From assembly GCA_902551855.1 (NCBI GenBank), contig CACDER010000004.1, forward strand, positions 1-46,600: a stretch of DNA of 46,600 nt, read 5' to 3'. The notes under the pieces are model-generated. The model was not told the origin of the DNA. It was given only the letters and a program-made list of their open reading frames with translations, and did not search any database. A program made the position numbers and the translations under genes. This document shows, piece by piece, positions 29,398 to 39,490 of this stretch (the first letter of the stretch is position 1; each line of letters starts with the position of its first letter). The DNA is from an uncultured Cryomorphaceae bacterium (GTDB lineage: Bacteria > Bacteroidota > Bacteroidia > Flavobacteriales > UBA7430).

Positions 29398-29772
29398 ATT
29401 TGATATATCTATGTTTTCCTCGTAAATAAAAGAGTTTTTAAAGTTTTTTTTGATTTTTGGAAATATCTTTAGTGCCTCTAATTTAGTCCTGAAATAATCA
29501 GTTTTCGTTTTGAAATATGGTTGTTCGTAAGTGTTCATTGTTAAAATCTTTGGAAATATTTTTTTAAACTTGTTTTCAACATTGATAGATTCATTTCTGT
29601 TTCCAGAATATAACTGAATTCTATAAATTTTAATAGTTTTTTTTGATAATTGAGAATGAATGATAAGTAAGCTGTCAAGTTTATCTGTTTCAATAAAATT
29701 AATTTTATTGTTTTGAGATTGAGCTAGAAATCTCGTAAATAAAAAAAATATTAAAATTGAAAATCTCATCAT
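29392..29772 (-). CDS. Exported SPOR-domain protein
   Basis: Signal peptide; [24 protein letters not shown]; usual position between infB and actA. Confidence 0.8.
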   Translation of the reverse strand: MMRFSILIFFLFTRFLAQSQNNKINFIETDKLDSLLIIHSQLSKKTIKIYRIQLYSGNRNESINVENKFKKIFPKILTMNTYEQPYFKTKTDYFRTKLEALKIFPKIKKNFKNSFIYEENIDISNL

Positions 29773-29823
29773 AGTTTAAAAAATTTTAGCTAATTTAAAA
29801 AAAACTATAGAAATTAAAATTAA

Positions 29824-29846
29824 TTATTTAGAATCGTTATAAATAA
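29824..29846. promoter_or_regulatory. 23-bp palindromic operator (Fur/PerR-like)
   Basis: TTATTTAGAA-TCG-TTATAAATAA; 9 of 10 arm positions pair. Confidence 0.55.
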
Positions 29847-29894
29847 AAAAAATATTTAAAAAATAATTAACTAATATACTCAAAACCATTTATG

Positions 29895-29925
29895 AATGTA
29901 TTATTTTTGCAATGTATTATTTTTG
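29895..29925 (+). repeat. Direct repeat AATGTATTATTTTTG x2, each copy containing a TAnnTTTG box
   Basis: Identical 15-mers at 29895-29909 and 29911-29925. Confidence 0.85.
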
Positions 29926-29956
29926 TGTAGCAAAAGTGAAAATTGCGAGTATTGAT

Positions 29957-31183
29957 ATGTTTAAAAACTATAATTTACATTTTACTCTTTTAATATCTTT
30001 TTTAATAACAAATTTCTCGTTTGTTTCATCTCAAGATATTGAATTAGGTGAAAGTTTATTTTCCTCAAACTGTGCTTCCTGTCATTATGTTGGTCCTGAA
30101 GAAAAAAAATTAATTGGGCCTGGTTTAGGTTCACATACAATTGATAAATACTCAAAAGACTGGCTATACTCTTGGATTAAAAATTCCTCTGAGTTAATTG
30201 CTTCAGGTGATGAGTTGGCCGTTGCTGTATACGAAGAATATAATAAACTTCAGATGACTGCTTTCCCTCAATTTTCTAACGAAGATATTGACAATATTTT
30301 AGCTTATGTTCAGGTTAGACCAGAAGAAGTCATACTATCATCAAATGAAGATTTAATTGATAATGTATCTGATAATAGTTTTTCCTCTGAATCAATATTT
30401 GTTTTCATTACATCATTAATAATACTTTTTTCATGTTTATTGACTTTAATCAAAGCAAAGAATTTATTAAAGATTTCAAGAGGTCAAAAACCTATTAATA
30501 TTTTTAGTGGTATCAATAATTTTATTAAATCCAATCCTGCTATCATAGTTTTTTTCTCAATTTTTGTAATTTTATTTTGTCTAAAAACAATTTGGGATGG
30601 ATTATTAACTGTTGGGGTTCAGCAAGGTTACCAACCTACTCAACCAATAGCCTTTTCCCACAAGCTTCACGCAGGTATGAACGGTGTTGATTGTAATTAT
30701 TGTCATTCCGGAGCAAGACATAGTAAATCGGCACTAATACCATCAGCTAATGTTTGTATGAATTGTCATACTTACATTAATGAAGGGCAAATTTCAGGTA
30801 AAACTGAGATTGCTAAAATCTATGCTGCGATTGGATTTGATCCAGAAACAAGAACTTATATTGACAATTATATTCAAAAACCCATTAAGTGGGTTAGGAT
30901 TCATAATTTACCTGATTTAGCCTATTTTAATCATGCTCAGCATGTCAATGCAGGTGGTTTAGAATGTCAAACATGTCACGGACCAATTGAAGAAATGGAA
31001 GTTGTAGAACAATATTCCCCTTTAACCATGGGTTGGTGTATTGAGTGTCACAGGGAGGAAAAAGTGAATACTGATAACGATTATTACCATGAAATGAACA
31101 AAAAATGGGTTGAAAAGTACCATGGAGAAGATATTAATGTCAATAATATTGGTGGTTTAGAATGTGGAAAATGTCACTATTAA
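29957..31183 (+). CDS. actA: Alternative complex III subunit ActA (monoheme + pentaheme cytochrome c)
   Basis: Six CxxCH motifs (CASCH, CNYCH, CMNCH, CQTCH, CIECH, CGKCH). Start set to ATG 29957, which begins a signal peptide; ATG 29912 lies inside the promoter repeat. Confidence 0.92.
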   Translation: MFKNYNLHFTLLISFLITNFSFVSSQDIELGESLFSSNCASCHYVGPEEKKLIGPGLGSHTIDKYSKDWLYSWIKNSSELIASGDELAVAVYEEYNKLQMTAFPQFSNEDIDNILAYVQVRPEEVILSSNEDLIDNVSDNSFSSESIFVFITSLIILFSCLLTLIKAKNLLKISRGQKPINIFSGINNFIKSNPAIIVFFSIFVILFCLKTIWDGLLTVGVQQGYQPTQPIAFSHKLHAGMNGVDCNYCHSGARHSKSALIPSANVCMNCHTYINEGQISGKTEIAKIYAAIGFDPETRTYIDNYIQKPIKWVRIHNLPDLAYFNHAQHVNAGGLECQTCHGPIEEMEVVEQYSPLTMGWCIECHREEKVNTDNDYYHEMNKKWVEKYHGEDINVNNIGGLECGKCHY

Positions 31184-31195
31184 CATATTAATTAT

Positions 31196-34100
31196 ATGAT
31201 TAAAAAGAAAAAATATTTTAAAAGTCTAGATCAATTGAAAGAAAATTCAGTTGTTTCTAAAATTCATGAGAAGGAGTTCATTGAAAAATTACCAAATGAT
31301 TTACTATCCATGAATAATACTTCTAAATCCGATTCAACTCATACAAGAAGAGATTTTTTGAAAATGGTCGGTTTTACAACTGCTGCTGCTTCATTAGCAG
31401 CTTGCGAGGCTCCCGTTAAAAATATTATTCCTTATGTAGTAAAACCAGAAGAAATTGTACCTGGAATAGCTAATTGGTATGCATCAAGTTTCTATGATGG
31501 GCATGATTTTGCTAGCCTTCTAGTTAAAACTAGAGAAGGACGACCAATATTTTTAAAATCTAATGATAAATGTAGCTTAGGTGGAGTTTCTGCCAGGGTT
31601 CAAGCCTCAGTTTTAAATTTATATGATAATAATAGGTTGAAGAATCCTAAAAAAAATGGAAAAACTATTTCTTGGAAAAAATTAGATGAAGAAATAATTT
31701 TTAAACTTAAAAAAATAAAAAATGAAAATAGAAAGATTGTTTTATTGTCATCTTCTATAATTTCACCAACTACTAATGAAATAATCAATCAATTTAAAAA
31801 AGAATATAATTCCTCTCATGTAGTCTATGATCCAGTTTCTTCTTCTGGAATATTAGATGCAAACAAAATAATGTTTGGATTAAGGAAACTGCCTACTTAC
31901 AGGTTTGATTTATCTGAAACTATTGTTTCTTTTGATGCAGACTTTTTAGGAGATTGGATAGATTCAGGACATGGAAGAGATTATGCAAAGAATAGAAATC
32001 CAGAAAATAAAACCATGTCTACTCATTTCCAGTTTGAATCTATTCTCTCTCTAACTGGAGCAAATGCTGATTTCAGATCTCCGATTAAAGCTTCTAAGAT
32101 TGGAGAGGCTTTGGTTAACTTATATAATATTATTGCTCTTAAGTCAAATAATAAAATATATGATGTTAATAGATCTCCAAATCAAGAAATGTTAACTAAA
32201 GCAGCAAATAGTTTATGGAAAAATCGTGGAAAATCTATAATTGTATCTGGAATAAATGATGTTAATATCCAATTGATTGTTAATAAAATTAATCAAATAC
32301 TTGGGAATTACGACAAAACTATAAATTTATCTAATTTTTCAAACCTTAAACAAGGAGATGATAATGATCTATTGAATCTTTTAGAAGATCTCAGAGAGAA
32401 TAAAGTTGGTGCTATAATTAATCTAGATGTTAATCCAGTTTACAATCTTTCATCTGCAAAAGATTTCCAAAAATATCTCAAAAATGTTGAACTTAAAATA
32501 TCAATTAGTGAGAAAATGGATGAGACAGCATCTTTAATGGATTATGTTTGTCCAAAAAATAATTATCTTGAAAGCTGGGGAGATTGCAATCCTTATTCTG
32601 GAATTTTTACTTTAATTCAGCCAACTATTAATAAACTTTTTAATACTAGACAGCTAGAATCAATTTTGATGAAGTGGTCCAAATTAGGTCTTGATTATTA
32701 CAGTTATTTAAAATCTTTTTGGAAAAAAAATATATTAGGTGATAAGTCTTGGAATACTACTCTTCATGATGGATTCCTAAATAATCCAAATGATTACAAA
32801 AAATTATTAGAACTATCTCAATCTGAAGTTAGTGATATATTTGGTAAAAACGGGAATTCAGTATCTATTGATTCATCAATTAAAAAAGTTTTATTAAATA
32901 ATAATCAAAATAGTATAGATTTAATATTATATTCTAAGACTGCTATTGGAAGTGGAAAGTTTGCCAATAATCCTTGGCTTCAAGAATTGCCTGATCCAAT
33001 ATCAAAAACAACTTGGGATAATTATCTAACTATTTCTCCTAGATTTGCGAAAGAGCTTGGACTGAGTAATGAAAATACTTCTAATGGAGCATTAAATGGA
33101 GATGTTGTATCCATAAAATCAAATAATATTTCACTAGAGGTCCCTGTTCTAATTCAACCTGGCCAGGCCTACAGCACTTTAGGTTTAGCAATTGGTTATG
33201 GAAGAAAGGGTATAGGGGATGCTGCTGAGAATGTAGGAGTAAATGCATATGTTTTTATGAAAAATTTTAATTCTTATCAAATTGTTGATGAGATTAAAAA
33301 AATAAATAATAAAACTCACGAATTTGCGTGTACCCAACTACATCATACCATGATGGGTAGAGATAATATTGTTAAAGAAACACTTTTATCTAATTATTTA
33401 AAAAACCCAAAATCTGGTAATCCTGAACTTTTTTTAGAAACGCATGAAGGACCTCAAAAACCTAAAAATATTACTTTATGGAACGAACACGATAGAGATG
33501 TCCATTGGTGGAATTTATCAATTGACTTAAGTAAGTGTATCGGATGTGGAGCATGTGTAATTGCATGTCATTCAGAGAATAACGTTCCAGTAGTTGGAAA
33601 AGAAGAAATTAGAAAATCCAGAGATATGCATTGGTTAAGAATTGATAGATATTATTCTAGTGACATGAATGAAAATATTGCTGAAAGTCAAGGGAAATCA
33701 ACAATTAGAAAATTTTTAGATATGGAAGTCCCCTCAAAATCTGAAAATTTAGAAGTCGTTTTTCAACCTGTTATGTGTCAACATTGTAACCATGCACCTT
33801 GTGAGACAGTTTGCCCTGTAGCAGCGACTACCCATTCAAGAGAAGGTTTAAATCATATGACTTATAATAGATGTATTGGAACAAGGTACTGTGCAAACAA
33901 TTGTCCATACAAAGTTAGAAGATTTAATTGGTTTAATTACTCAGAAAACGATAAGTTTGACTTTAACATGAATAATGATTTAGGAAAAATGGTTCTGAAT
34001 CCAGATGTCACTGTCAGAGGAAGAGGGGTGATGGAAAAATGTTCAATGTGTATTCAAAATATTCAAAAAGCTAAGCTTGAAGCAAAAAAACAAAATAGAA

Positions 34101-34291
34101 AATTAAGTGATGGTGAAGTTGATTGTGCCTGTGAAACTGCTTGTGACACTGGAGCATTGGTATTTGGTGATGTACTTAATAAAAAAAGTAAAATATATTC
34201 TGAGACAAAAAATCCTAGATCCTACCATTTACTTGAAGAACTCAATACTAAACCTTCTGTCTGGTATCAAACTAAGGTAAGAAATAAATAA
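31196..34291 (+). CDS. actB: ACIII subunit ActB (Tat-exported molybdopterin-oxidoreductase-like + Fe-S domain)
   Basis: TRRDFLK...LAAC Tat lipoprotein signal; CIGCGACVIAC, CQHCNHAPCETVCP, CIGTRYCANNCP, KCSMC. Confidence 0.95.
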   Translation: MIKKKKYFKSLDQLKENSVVSKIHEKEFIEKLPNDLLSMNNTSKSDSTHTRRDFLKMVGFTTAAASLAACEAPVKNIIPYVVKPEEIVPGIANWYASSFYDGHDFASLLVKTREGRPIFLKSNDKCSLGGVSARVQASVLNLYDNNRLKNPKKNGKTISWKKLDEEIIFKLKKIKNENRKIVLLSSSIISPTTNEIINQFKKEYNSSHVVYDPVSSSGILDANKIMFGLRKLPTYRFDLSETIVSFDADFLGDWIDSGHGRDYAKNRNPENKTMSTHFQFESILSLTGANADFRSPIKASKIGEALVNLYNIIALKSNNKIYDVNRSPNQEMLTKAANSLWKNRGKSIIVSGINDVNIQLIVNKINQILGNYDKTINLSNFSNLKQGDDNDLLNLLEDLRENKVGAIINLDVNPVYNLSSAKDFQKYLKNVELKISISEKMDETASLMDYVCPKNNYLESWGDCNPYSGIFTLIQPTINKLFNTRQLESILMKWSKLGLDYYSYLKSFWKKNILGDKSWNTTLHDGFLNNPNDYKKLLELSQSEVSDIFGKNGNSVSIDSSIKKVLLNNNQNSIDLILYSKTAIGSGKFANNPWLQELPDPISKTTWDNYLTISPRFAKELGLSNENTSNGALNGDVVSIKSNNISLEVPVLIQPGQAYSTLGLAIGYGRKGIGDAAENVGVNAYVFMKNFNSYQIVDEIKKINNKTHEFACTQLHHTMMGRDNIVKETLLSNYLKNPKSGNPELFLETHEGPQKPKNITLWNEHDRDVHWWNLSIDLSKCIGCGACVIACHSENNVPVVGKEEIRKSRDMHWLRIDRYYSSDMNENIAESQGKSTIRKFLDMEVPSKSENLEVVFQPVMCQHCNHAPCETVCPVAATTHSREGLNHMTYNRCIGTRYCANNCPYKVRRFNWFNYSENDKFDFNMNNDLGKMVLNPDVTVRGRGVMEKCSMCIQNIQKAKLEAKKQNRKLSDGEVDCACETACDTGALVFGDVLNKKSKIYSETKNPRSYHLLEELNTKPSVWYQTKVRNK

Positions 34292-34297
34292 AAAATA

Positions 34298-35662
34298 ATG
34301 TACAAAGAATCTGAAATAAGAGAACCTTTAATTTTAAATAATAAATCATTGCATGACATTACCAATGATATTGCAGCTCCAATTGAAGGTACTGCAAATA
34401 AGTGGTGGTGGGGCTTATTCTTATTTTCTTTAATGACTTTCTTATGGGGAGCAGGTTGCTTGGCATATACTGTTGGAACAGGAATTGGAGTTTGGGGACT
34501 TAATAAAACTGTTGGATGGGCATGGGATATAACTAATTTTGTTTGGTGGGTAGGAATTGGACATGCTGGAACATTAATATCAGCTGTATTACTTCTATTT
34601 AGACAAAAGTGGAGATTATCTATTAATAGATCTGCAGAAGCTATGACAATTTTTGCTGTTGTACAAGCTGGTCTTTTCCCCTTATTCCATATGGGTAGAC
34701 CTTGGTTAGCTTATTTTGTTTTTCCTTTACCTAACACTTATGGTTCATTATGGGTTAATTTTAACTCACCTTTGCTATGGGACGTATTTGCTATTTCGAC
34801 ATATTTAACAGTTTCTCTAGTTTTTTGGTATATGGGCTTAATTCCTGATTTTGCAATGATTCGAGATAGAGCAGTTAAACCTATTTCAAAAAAAATATAT
34901 GGTATATTATCATTTGGATGGTCCGGTAGAGCTAAGCATTGGCAAAGGTTTGAGGAGTTATCTCTTGTTTTAGCTGGGCTTGCCACTCCTTTAGTATTAT
35001 CTGTTCATACTATTGTATCAATGGATTTTGCAACTTCAGTTATTCCAGGTTGGCACACAACAATTTTCCCGCCATATTTTGTTGCCGGCGCAATTTTTTC
35101 AGGTTTTGCGATGGTTCAAACACTTCTGTTAGTAATGCGAAAAGTTGTAAATATGGAATCATATATTACTATCAAGCATATAGAATATATGAATATTGTA
35201 ATTATGGTTACTGGTTCAATTGTAGGTGTTGCATATATTACTGAACTCTTTATAGCATGGTATTCTGGTGTTGAATATGAACAGTATGCTTTTTTAAATA
35301 GAGCTACAGGTCCTTATTGGTGGGCATATTGGTCAATGATGACTTGTAATGTTTTTTCTCCACAATTAATGTGGTTTAAAAAGTTAAGAACTAATATTGC
35401 ATTTACCTTTTTTATATCTATAGTAGTTAATATTGGGATGTGGTTTGAAAGGTTTGTAATTATAGTTACCTCTCTTCATAGAGACTATTTACCATCTTCT
35501 TGGTCTATGTTTTCCCCAACATTTGTTGATATTGGATTCTTTGTTGGGACTATTGGTTTTTTCTTTGTGTTATTTTTACTTTATGCTAAAACCTTTCCAG
35601 TTATAGCTCAAGCGGAGCTAAAAACAATTGTTAAATCTTCAGGTTCTCAATACAAAAAATAA
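34298..35662 (+). CDS. actC: ACIII subunit ActC (NrfD family, quinol site)
   Basis: WDITNFVWWVGIGHAGTLISA, HMGRPW, SPLLWD, LSVHTIVSMDFA, GMWFERF. Confidence 0.95.
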   Translation: MYKESEIREPLILNNKSLHDITNDIAAPIEGTANKWWWGLFLFSLMTFLWGAGCLAYTVGTGIGVWGLNKTVGWAWDITNFVWWVGIGHAGTLISAVLLLFRQKWRLSINRSAEAMTIFAVVQAGLFPLFHMGRPWLAYFVFPLPNTYGSLWVNFNSPLLWDVFAISTYLTVSLVFWYMGLIPDFAMIRDRAVKPISKKIYGILSFGWSGRAKHWQRFEELSLVLAGLATPLVLSVHTIVSMDFATSVIPGWHTTIFPPYFVAGAIFSGFAMVQTLLLVMRKVVNMESYITIKHIEYMNIVIMVTGSIVGVAYITELFIAWYSGVEYEQYAFLNRATGPYWWAYWSMMTCNVFSPQLMWFKKLRTNIAFTFFISIVVNIGMWFERFVIIVTSLHRDYLPSSWSMFSPTFVDIGFFVGTIGFFFVLFLLYAKTFPVIAQAELKTIVKSSGSQYKK

Positions 35663-35670
35663 TTAGAATT

Positions 35671-36189
35671 ATGGATTACAAAACAATATATGGTATTTAC
35701 AATGATGATGATACACTTTTAAGTGCTGTAAAAAAAATTAGAGGTGAAGGTATTTCTATAAGTGAAGTATATTCTCCTTTTCCAATCCATGGATTAGATA
35801 AAGCTCTTGGTCTTAAAGATACCAGGTTGGCAGTTACTGCTTTTTTATATGGTCTTACTGGATTGAGTCTTGGTTTACTAATGATGTGGTATATGAATAT
35901 TCAGTCTTGGCCAATGAATATAGGAGGAAAACCAAGCTTTAGTTTATTACAAAATTTACCCTCTTTTATTCCTGTAGCGTTTGAATGTACTGTGTTTTTT
36001 GCAGCTCATTTAATGGTAATAACATATTTAATGAGATGTAAATTATATCCAGGTTCATCTAATAAAAGCCCTGATCCTCGAACTACAGATAATATGTTTT
36101 TAATGGAGATAATTGTTAAAGCTGATGAAAAAAAAATATACAAATTATTAGAACAAACTGGAGCAGTAGAAGTAAATGAAAAAGTTTAA
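35671..36189 (+). CDS. actD: ACIII subunit ActD (DUF3341)
   Basis: YSPFPIHGLDKALG, WPMNIGGKP, FIPVAFE, DPRTT. Confidence 0.92.
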   Translation: MDYKTIYGIYNDDDTLLSAVKKIRGEGISISEVYSPFPIHGLDKALGLKDTRLAVTAFLYGLTGLSLGLLMMWYMNIQSWPMNIGGKPSFSLLQNLPSFIPVAFECTVFFAAHLMVITYLMRCKLYPGSSNKSPDPRTTDNMFLMEIIVKADEKKIYKLLEQTGAVEVNEKV

Positions 36190-36811
36190 ACAAATGACTG
36201 ACATAATTAAATTATTTTATTCAACTTTCATTGATAATAAATTTATCATTTTATTTTCAATTATCAGTATATTCATTATTGCTTGTGGAGCAGATGGTAA
36301 TCACCCAGGATATCAGTACATGCCAGATATGTACGAATCTCCTTCATATGAGACAAATTCTTCAAATCCAGTATTTAAAAATAACTCCACTTCTCAATAC
36401 TTACCTAAAAATTCAATACCTAGAGGATTTGTCCCTTTTGATTTTGATAATACCCTTGATGATTATTTAAGAGCTGGAAATACCTTAGTTAATCCCATAT
36501 CTTACTCCGAAACCGTCTTATCAGAGGGAAAACAATTATTTGAAATGTTTTGCGCTCATTGTCATGGTAAAGAGGGTAATGGTAAAGGAAGTATAAATCA
36601 CCCAGTTTACAGTGCAGTTCCCTCTTATTCTGATTCAATTACTCCAAGAAGGTCTGGTGAACCAATGAATAAATTAAAATCAGGACATATATTTCACTCT
36701 CTTCACTACGGATTAAATGCCATGGGCCCTCATGCAAGTCAATTATCTCAAGAAGAAAGATGGAAAATTGTTCACTATGTTCACAAATTACAAAAGAATA
36801 CTAATGATTAA
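36176..36811 (+). CDS. actE: ACIII subunit ActE (monoheme cytochrome c lipoprotein)
   Basis: Lipobox IIAC, YMPDMY, CAHCHG, GLNAMG; exact start uncertain (36176 or 36194). Confidence 0.9.
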   Translation: MKKFKQMTDIIKLFYSTFIDNKFIILFSIISIFIIACGADGNHPGYQYMPDMYESPSYETNSSNPVFKNNSTSQYLPKNSIPRGFVPFDFDNTLDDYLRAGNTLVNPISYSETVLSEGKQLFEMFCAHCHGKEGNGKGSINHPVYSAVPSYSDSITPRRSGEPMNKLKSGHIFHSLHYGLNAMGPHASQLSQEERWKIVHYVHKLQKNTND

Positions 36812-36827
36812 TATTTCGAATTAAAAA

Positions 36828-38309
36828 ATGTATAGAATAAATAAAAATATAAACCTTATTTTGATTTCATTAATGTTTCTGGGTGCCTTGTCTTTAACCT
36901 ATGGTTTTTTTCAAGGTAGAATGCACTTAACTGAATCTGAAATTTCAAAAGTAATCTCTGATCATATTACTGAAAATAAAGTAAAAATAAATATGAATAC
37001 AGATTCTATACACCATGATAATTCAAATTACTCAGAAAATAAAAGTCATCATAAACATAATATACATTCCAGTCATGAGGTAAGTCAAGAGCAATTGGAT
37101 TTGATAAAATATGTTGAAAATTATTTTAAAATTAAATTCACTAATTCTGAAAAAATACATGCAAAAAATTTAGAACATATCATACATATCACTGAACATG
37201 CACTTCATGCTAAAAGTCAAAGACCCTGGTCAAGTTTACTTACTGCAACATTATTATTCTTTGGAGCATCATTATTAACTATTTTTTTTCTTGCTTTACA
37301 ATATGTAGCCGAAGTAGGTTGGTCTGTGATTTTAAAAAGAGTATTCATGGCAATTGGTTCATTTTTACCTTATTCCGCGATTTTTCTTCTAATAATTTTT
37401 ACAACTTCACACTTTCATCTTTTTGGTAATCATACTTACCATTGGATGGCAGAGGGAATCATGAATCCCGAAAGTAATAATTATGATAAAATTATTGCTG
37501 GTAAAGAAGCTTATTTAAATTTTCCTTTTTTCATTTTACGATTTCTAATTTTCTTTCTAGTTTGGATTTTTTTATTTAACAAACTAAAGAATCTTTCTTT
37601 AGAAGAAGATTTAAAAGGAGGTAATAATTATTATTTTTCAAGCAGAAAGTTCTCCGCAATTTTTATAGTTTTTCTAGGAGTTAGTTCTTCTATGTTATCA
37701 TGGGATTGGATAATGTCAATTGATACTCATTGGTTTTCAACCCTTTTTGGATGGTACGTTACTTCAAGCATGTTTGTAACAGCAATGTTGATGATTCTAT
37801 TTTTCACTATGCATCTTAAAAATAATGGATATTTAGAACATGTAAATACAAGTCATATTCATGATATTGGAAAGTTTATTTTTGGTTTTAGTATTTTTTG
37901 GACTTATCTTTGGTTTGCACAATTTTTATTGATTTGGTACGCAAATATACCTGAAGAAGTTACTTATTATATGGCAAGATTTGATGATTACAAAATTCCT
38001 TTTTTTACAGCATTTGTATTAAACTTTTTATTTCCTATCTTGTTATTAGTTAGTAGGTATTCAAAGAGAATTCCTGGTTTTTTAACCTTCGTCAGTGTAT
38101 TTATTTTACTTGGTCATTATCTAGATTTTTTTGTTATGATTATGCCTGGAACTGTAGGTTCCCACTGGAATATTGGAATTGTTGAAGTTGGTACTTTTTT
38201 AGGAATGGGAGGGTTATTTACTAAAGTAATTTTAAATAGCTTATCTAAAATTAATTTAGTACCTAAAAATCATCCAATGATAGAAGAAAGTAAAAATTTT
38301 CACATTTAG
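36828..38309 (+). CDS. actF: ACIII subunit ActF with an approximately 100-aa insertion after TM1
   Basis: WDWIMSIDTHWFSTLFGW, HIHDIGK, FWTYLWFAQFLLIWYANIPEE. Confidence 0.93.
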   Translation: MYRINKNINLILISLMFLGALSLTYGFFQGRMHLTESEISKVISDHITENKVKINMNTDSIHHDNSNYSENKSHHKHNIHSSHEVSQEQLDLIKYVENYFKIKFTNSEKIHAKNLEHIIHITEHALHAKSQRPWSSLLTATLLFFGASLLTIFFLALQYVAEVGWSVILKRVFMAIGSFLPYSAIFLLIIFTTSHFHLFGNHTYHWMAEGIMNPESNNYDKIIAGKEAYLNFPFFILRFLIFFLVWIFLFNKLKNLSLEEDLKGGNNYYFSSRKFSAIFIVFLGVSSSMLSWDWIMSIDTHWFSTLFGWYVTSSMFVTAMLMILFFTMHLKNNGYLEHVNTSHIHDIGKFIFGFSIFWTYLWFAQFLLIWYANIPEEVTYYMARFDDYKIPFFTAFVLNFLFPILLLVSRYSKRIPGFLTFVSVFILLGHYLDFFVMIMPGTVGSHWNIGIVEVGTFLGMGGLFTKVILNSLSKINLVPKNHPMIEESKNFHI

Positions 38310-38329
38310 TATGAAGTAAGATTTAATTT

Positions 38330-39481
38330 ATGATTAATTTTTTGATTTTAATTTCTTTAATAGTAGTATTAATAACTTTATCCCAAATTATTAGAATTTT
38401 TGAAATATCTAACAAAATAAAAAATTCTAGAGAATCAGATATCACATACAAAGATAATGATAGACAAGGTAAGTTATTGTTAACATTTGGATTCCTTTTT
38501 ATAGCTTCTTTTTTCCTCATGAATGCTAAGTGGACAAAATCCTTACTTCCGATTTCTGCCTCTGAACATGGTCACGAAATTGACTTATTAATGAATATTT
38601 CTTTGGGGCTAATAATTATTGTTTTTTTGATCCTTCAGCCAGTGTTATTTTATTTTTCGTATAAATATAGAGGTGTTAAAAATAGAAAAGCGCTTTTTAT
38701 AACTCATAACAATAAAGCTGAAATCATTTGGACTATTATCCCAGGTATAGTTTTAACTGTTTTAATTATATATGGGCTTCAAACTTGGTCTAAAGTCATG
38801 GATAGATCTAATATTGATGATGCACTTGTAATAGAGGTTTATGGAAGGCAGTTTGATTGGACTGCAAGGTATGCAGGTGAAGACAATTTTTTGGGAAATG
38901 CAAATGTTAGATTTATTTCTGATGCAAATATTCTAGGAGTAATTTCCAATGATTCATACAAAAGTCAAATTTTTAACATTAATAAAAAAATTGATAAATT
39001 GAAAAATCAAATTTCTGGAGAAAAAAATTACATTAAAAAAAATCAGTTGTCAAAACGCTATGAAAAAATGATTTCAAAAAAATTAAGATTTTCAACTTTA
39101 AAAGAAAAAACTCCCAAAGACCTTTTAAAAGCAGCTGATGATGATATAGTTGTGAGAGAAATTCACTTACCTGTAAATAAGAAGATACACATGAAATTTA
39201 GGGCTCAAGATGTAATCCACTCTGCCTATATGCCCCATTTTAGAGTTCAAATGAATTGTGTACCAGGAATGAATACTGATTTTGTTTTCAGACCAACATT
39301 AACTACAGAAGAAATGAGAAAAGAAGTTAAAAATGAAGATTTTGATTATGTGTTGCTTTGTAATAAAGTTTGTGGTGGAGCTCATTATAATATGCAAATT
39401 AAAATTATTGTTGAATCAGAAGAAAAATTTAATCAATGGATTTCGGGACAAACGAAGTTCGCATTAAGTTACCTAAATTAA
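38330..39481 (+). CDS. coxB: Cytochrome c oxidase subunit II
   Basis: EIIWT, QFDW, DVIHS, CuA motif CNKVCGGAHYNM. Confidence 0.95.
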   Translation: MINFLILISLIVVLITLSQIIRIFEISNKIKNSRESDITYKDNDRQGKLLLTFGFLFIASFFLMNAKWTKSLLPISASEHGHEIDLLMNISLGLIIIVFLILQPVLFYFSYKYRGVKNRKALFITHNNKAEIIWTIIPGIVLTVLIIYGLQTWSKVMDRSNIDDALVIEVYGRQFDWTARYAGEDNFLGNANVRFISDANILGVISNDSYKSQIFNINKKIDKLKNQISGEKNYIKKNQLSKRYEKMISKKLRFSTLKEKTPKDLLKAADDDIVVREIHLPVNKKIHMKFRAQDVIHSAYMPHFRVQMNCVPGMNTDFVFRPTLTTEEMRKEVKNEDFDYVLLCNKVCGGAHYNMQIKIIVESEEKFNQWISGQTKFALSYLN

Positions 39482-39490
39482 ATTTTAAAT

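Noticed and set aside
31196-34291. ActB as an active molybdoenzyme
   Set aside because: The context is canonical ACIII, whose ActB is known to lack a Mo cofactor.
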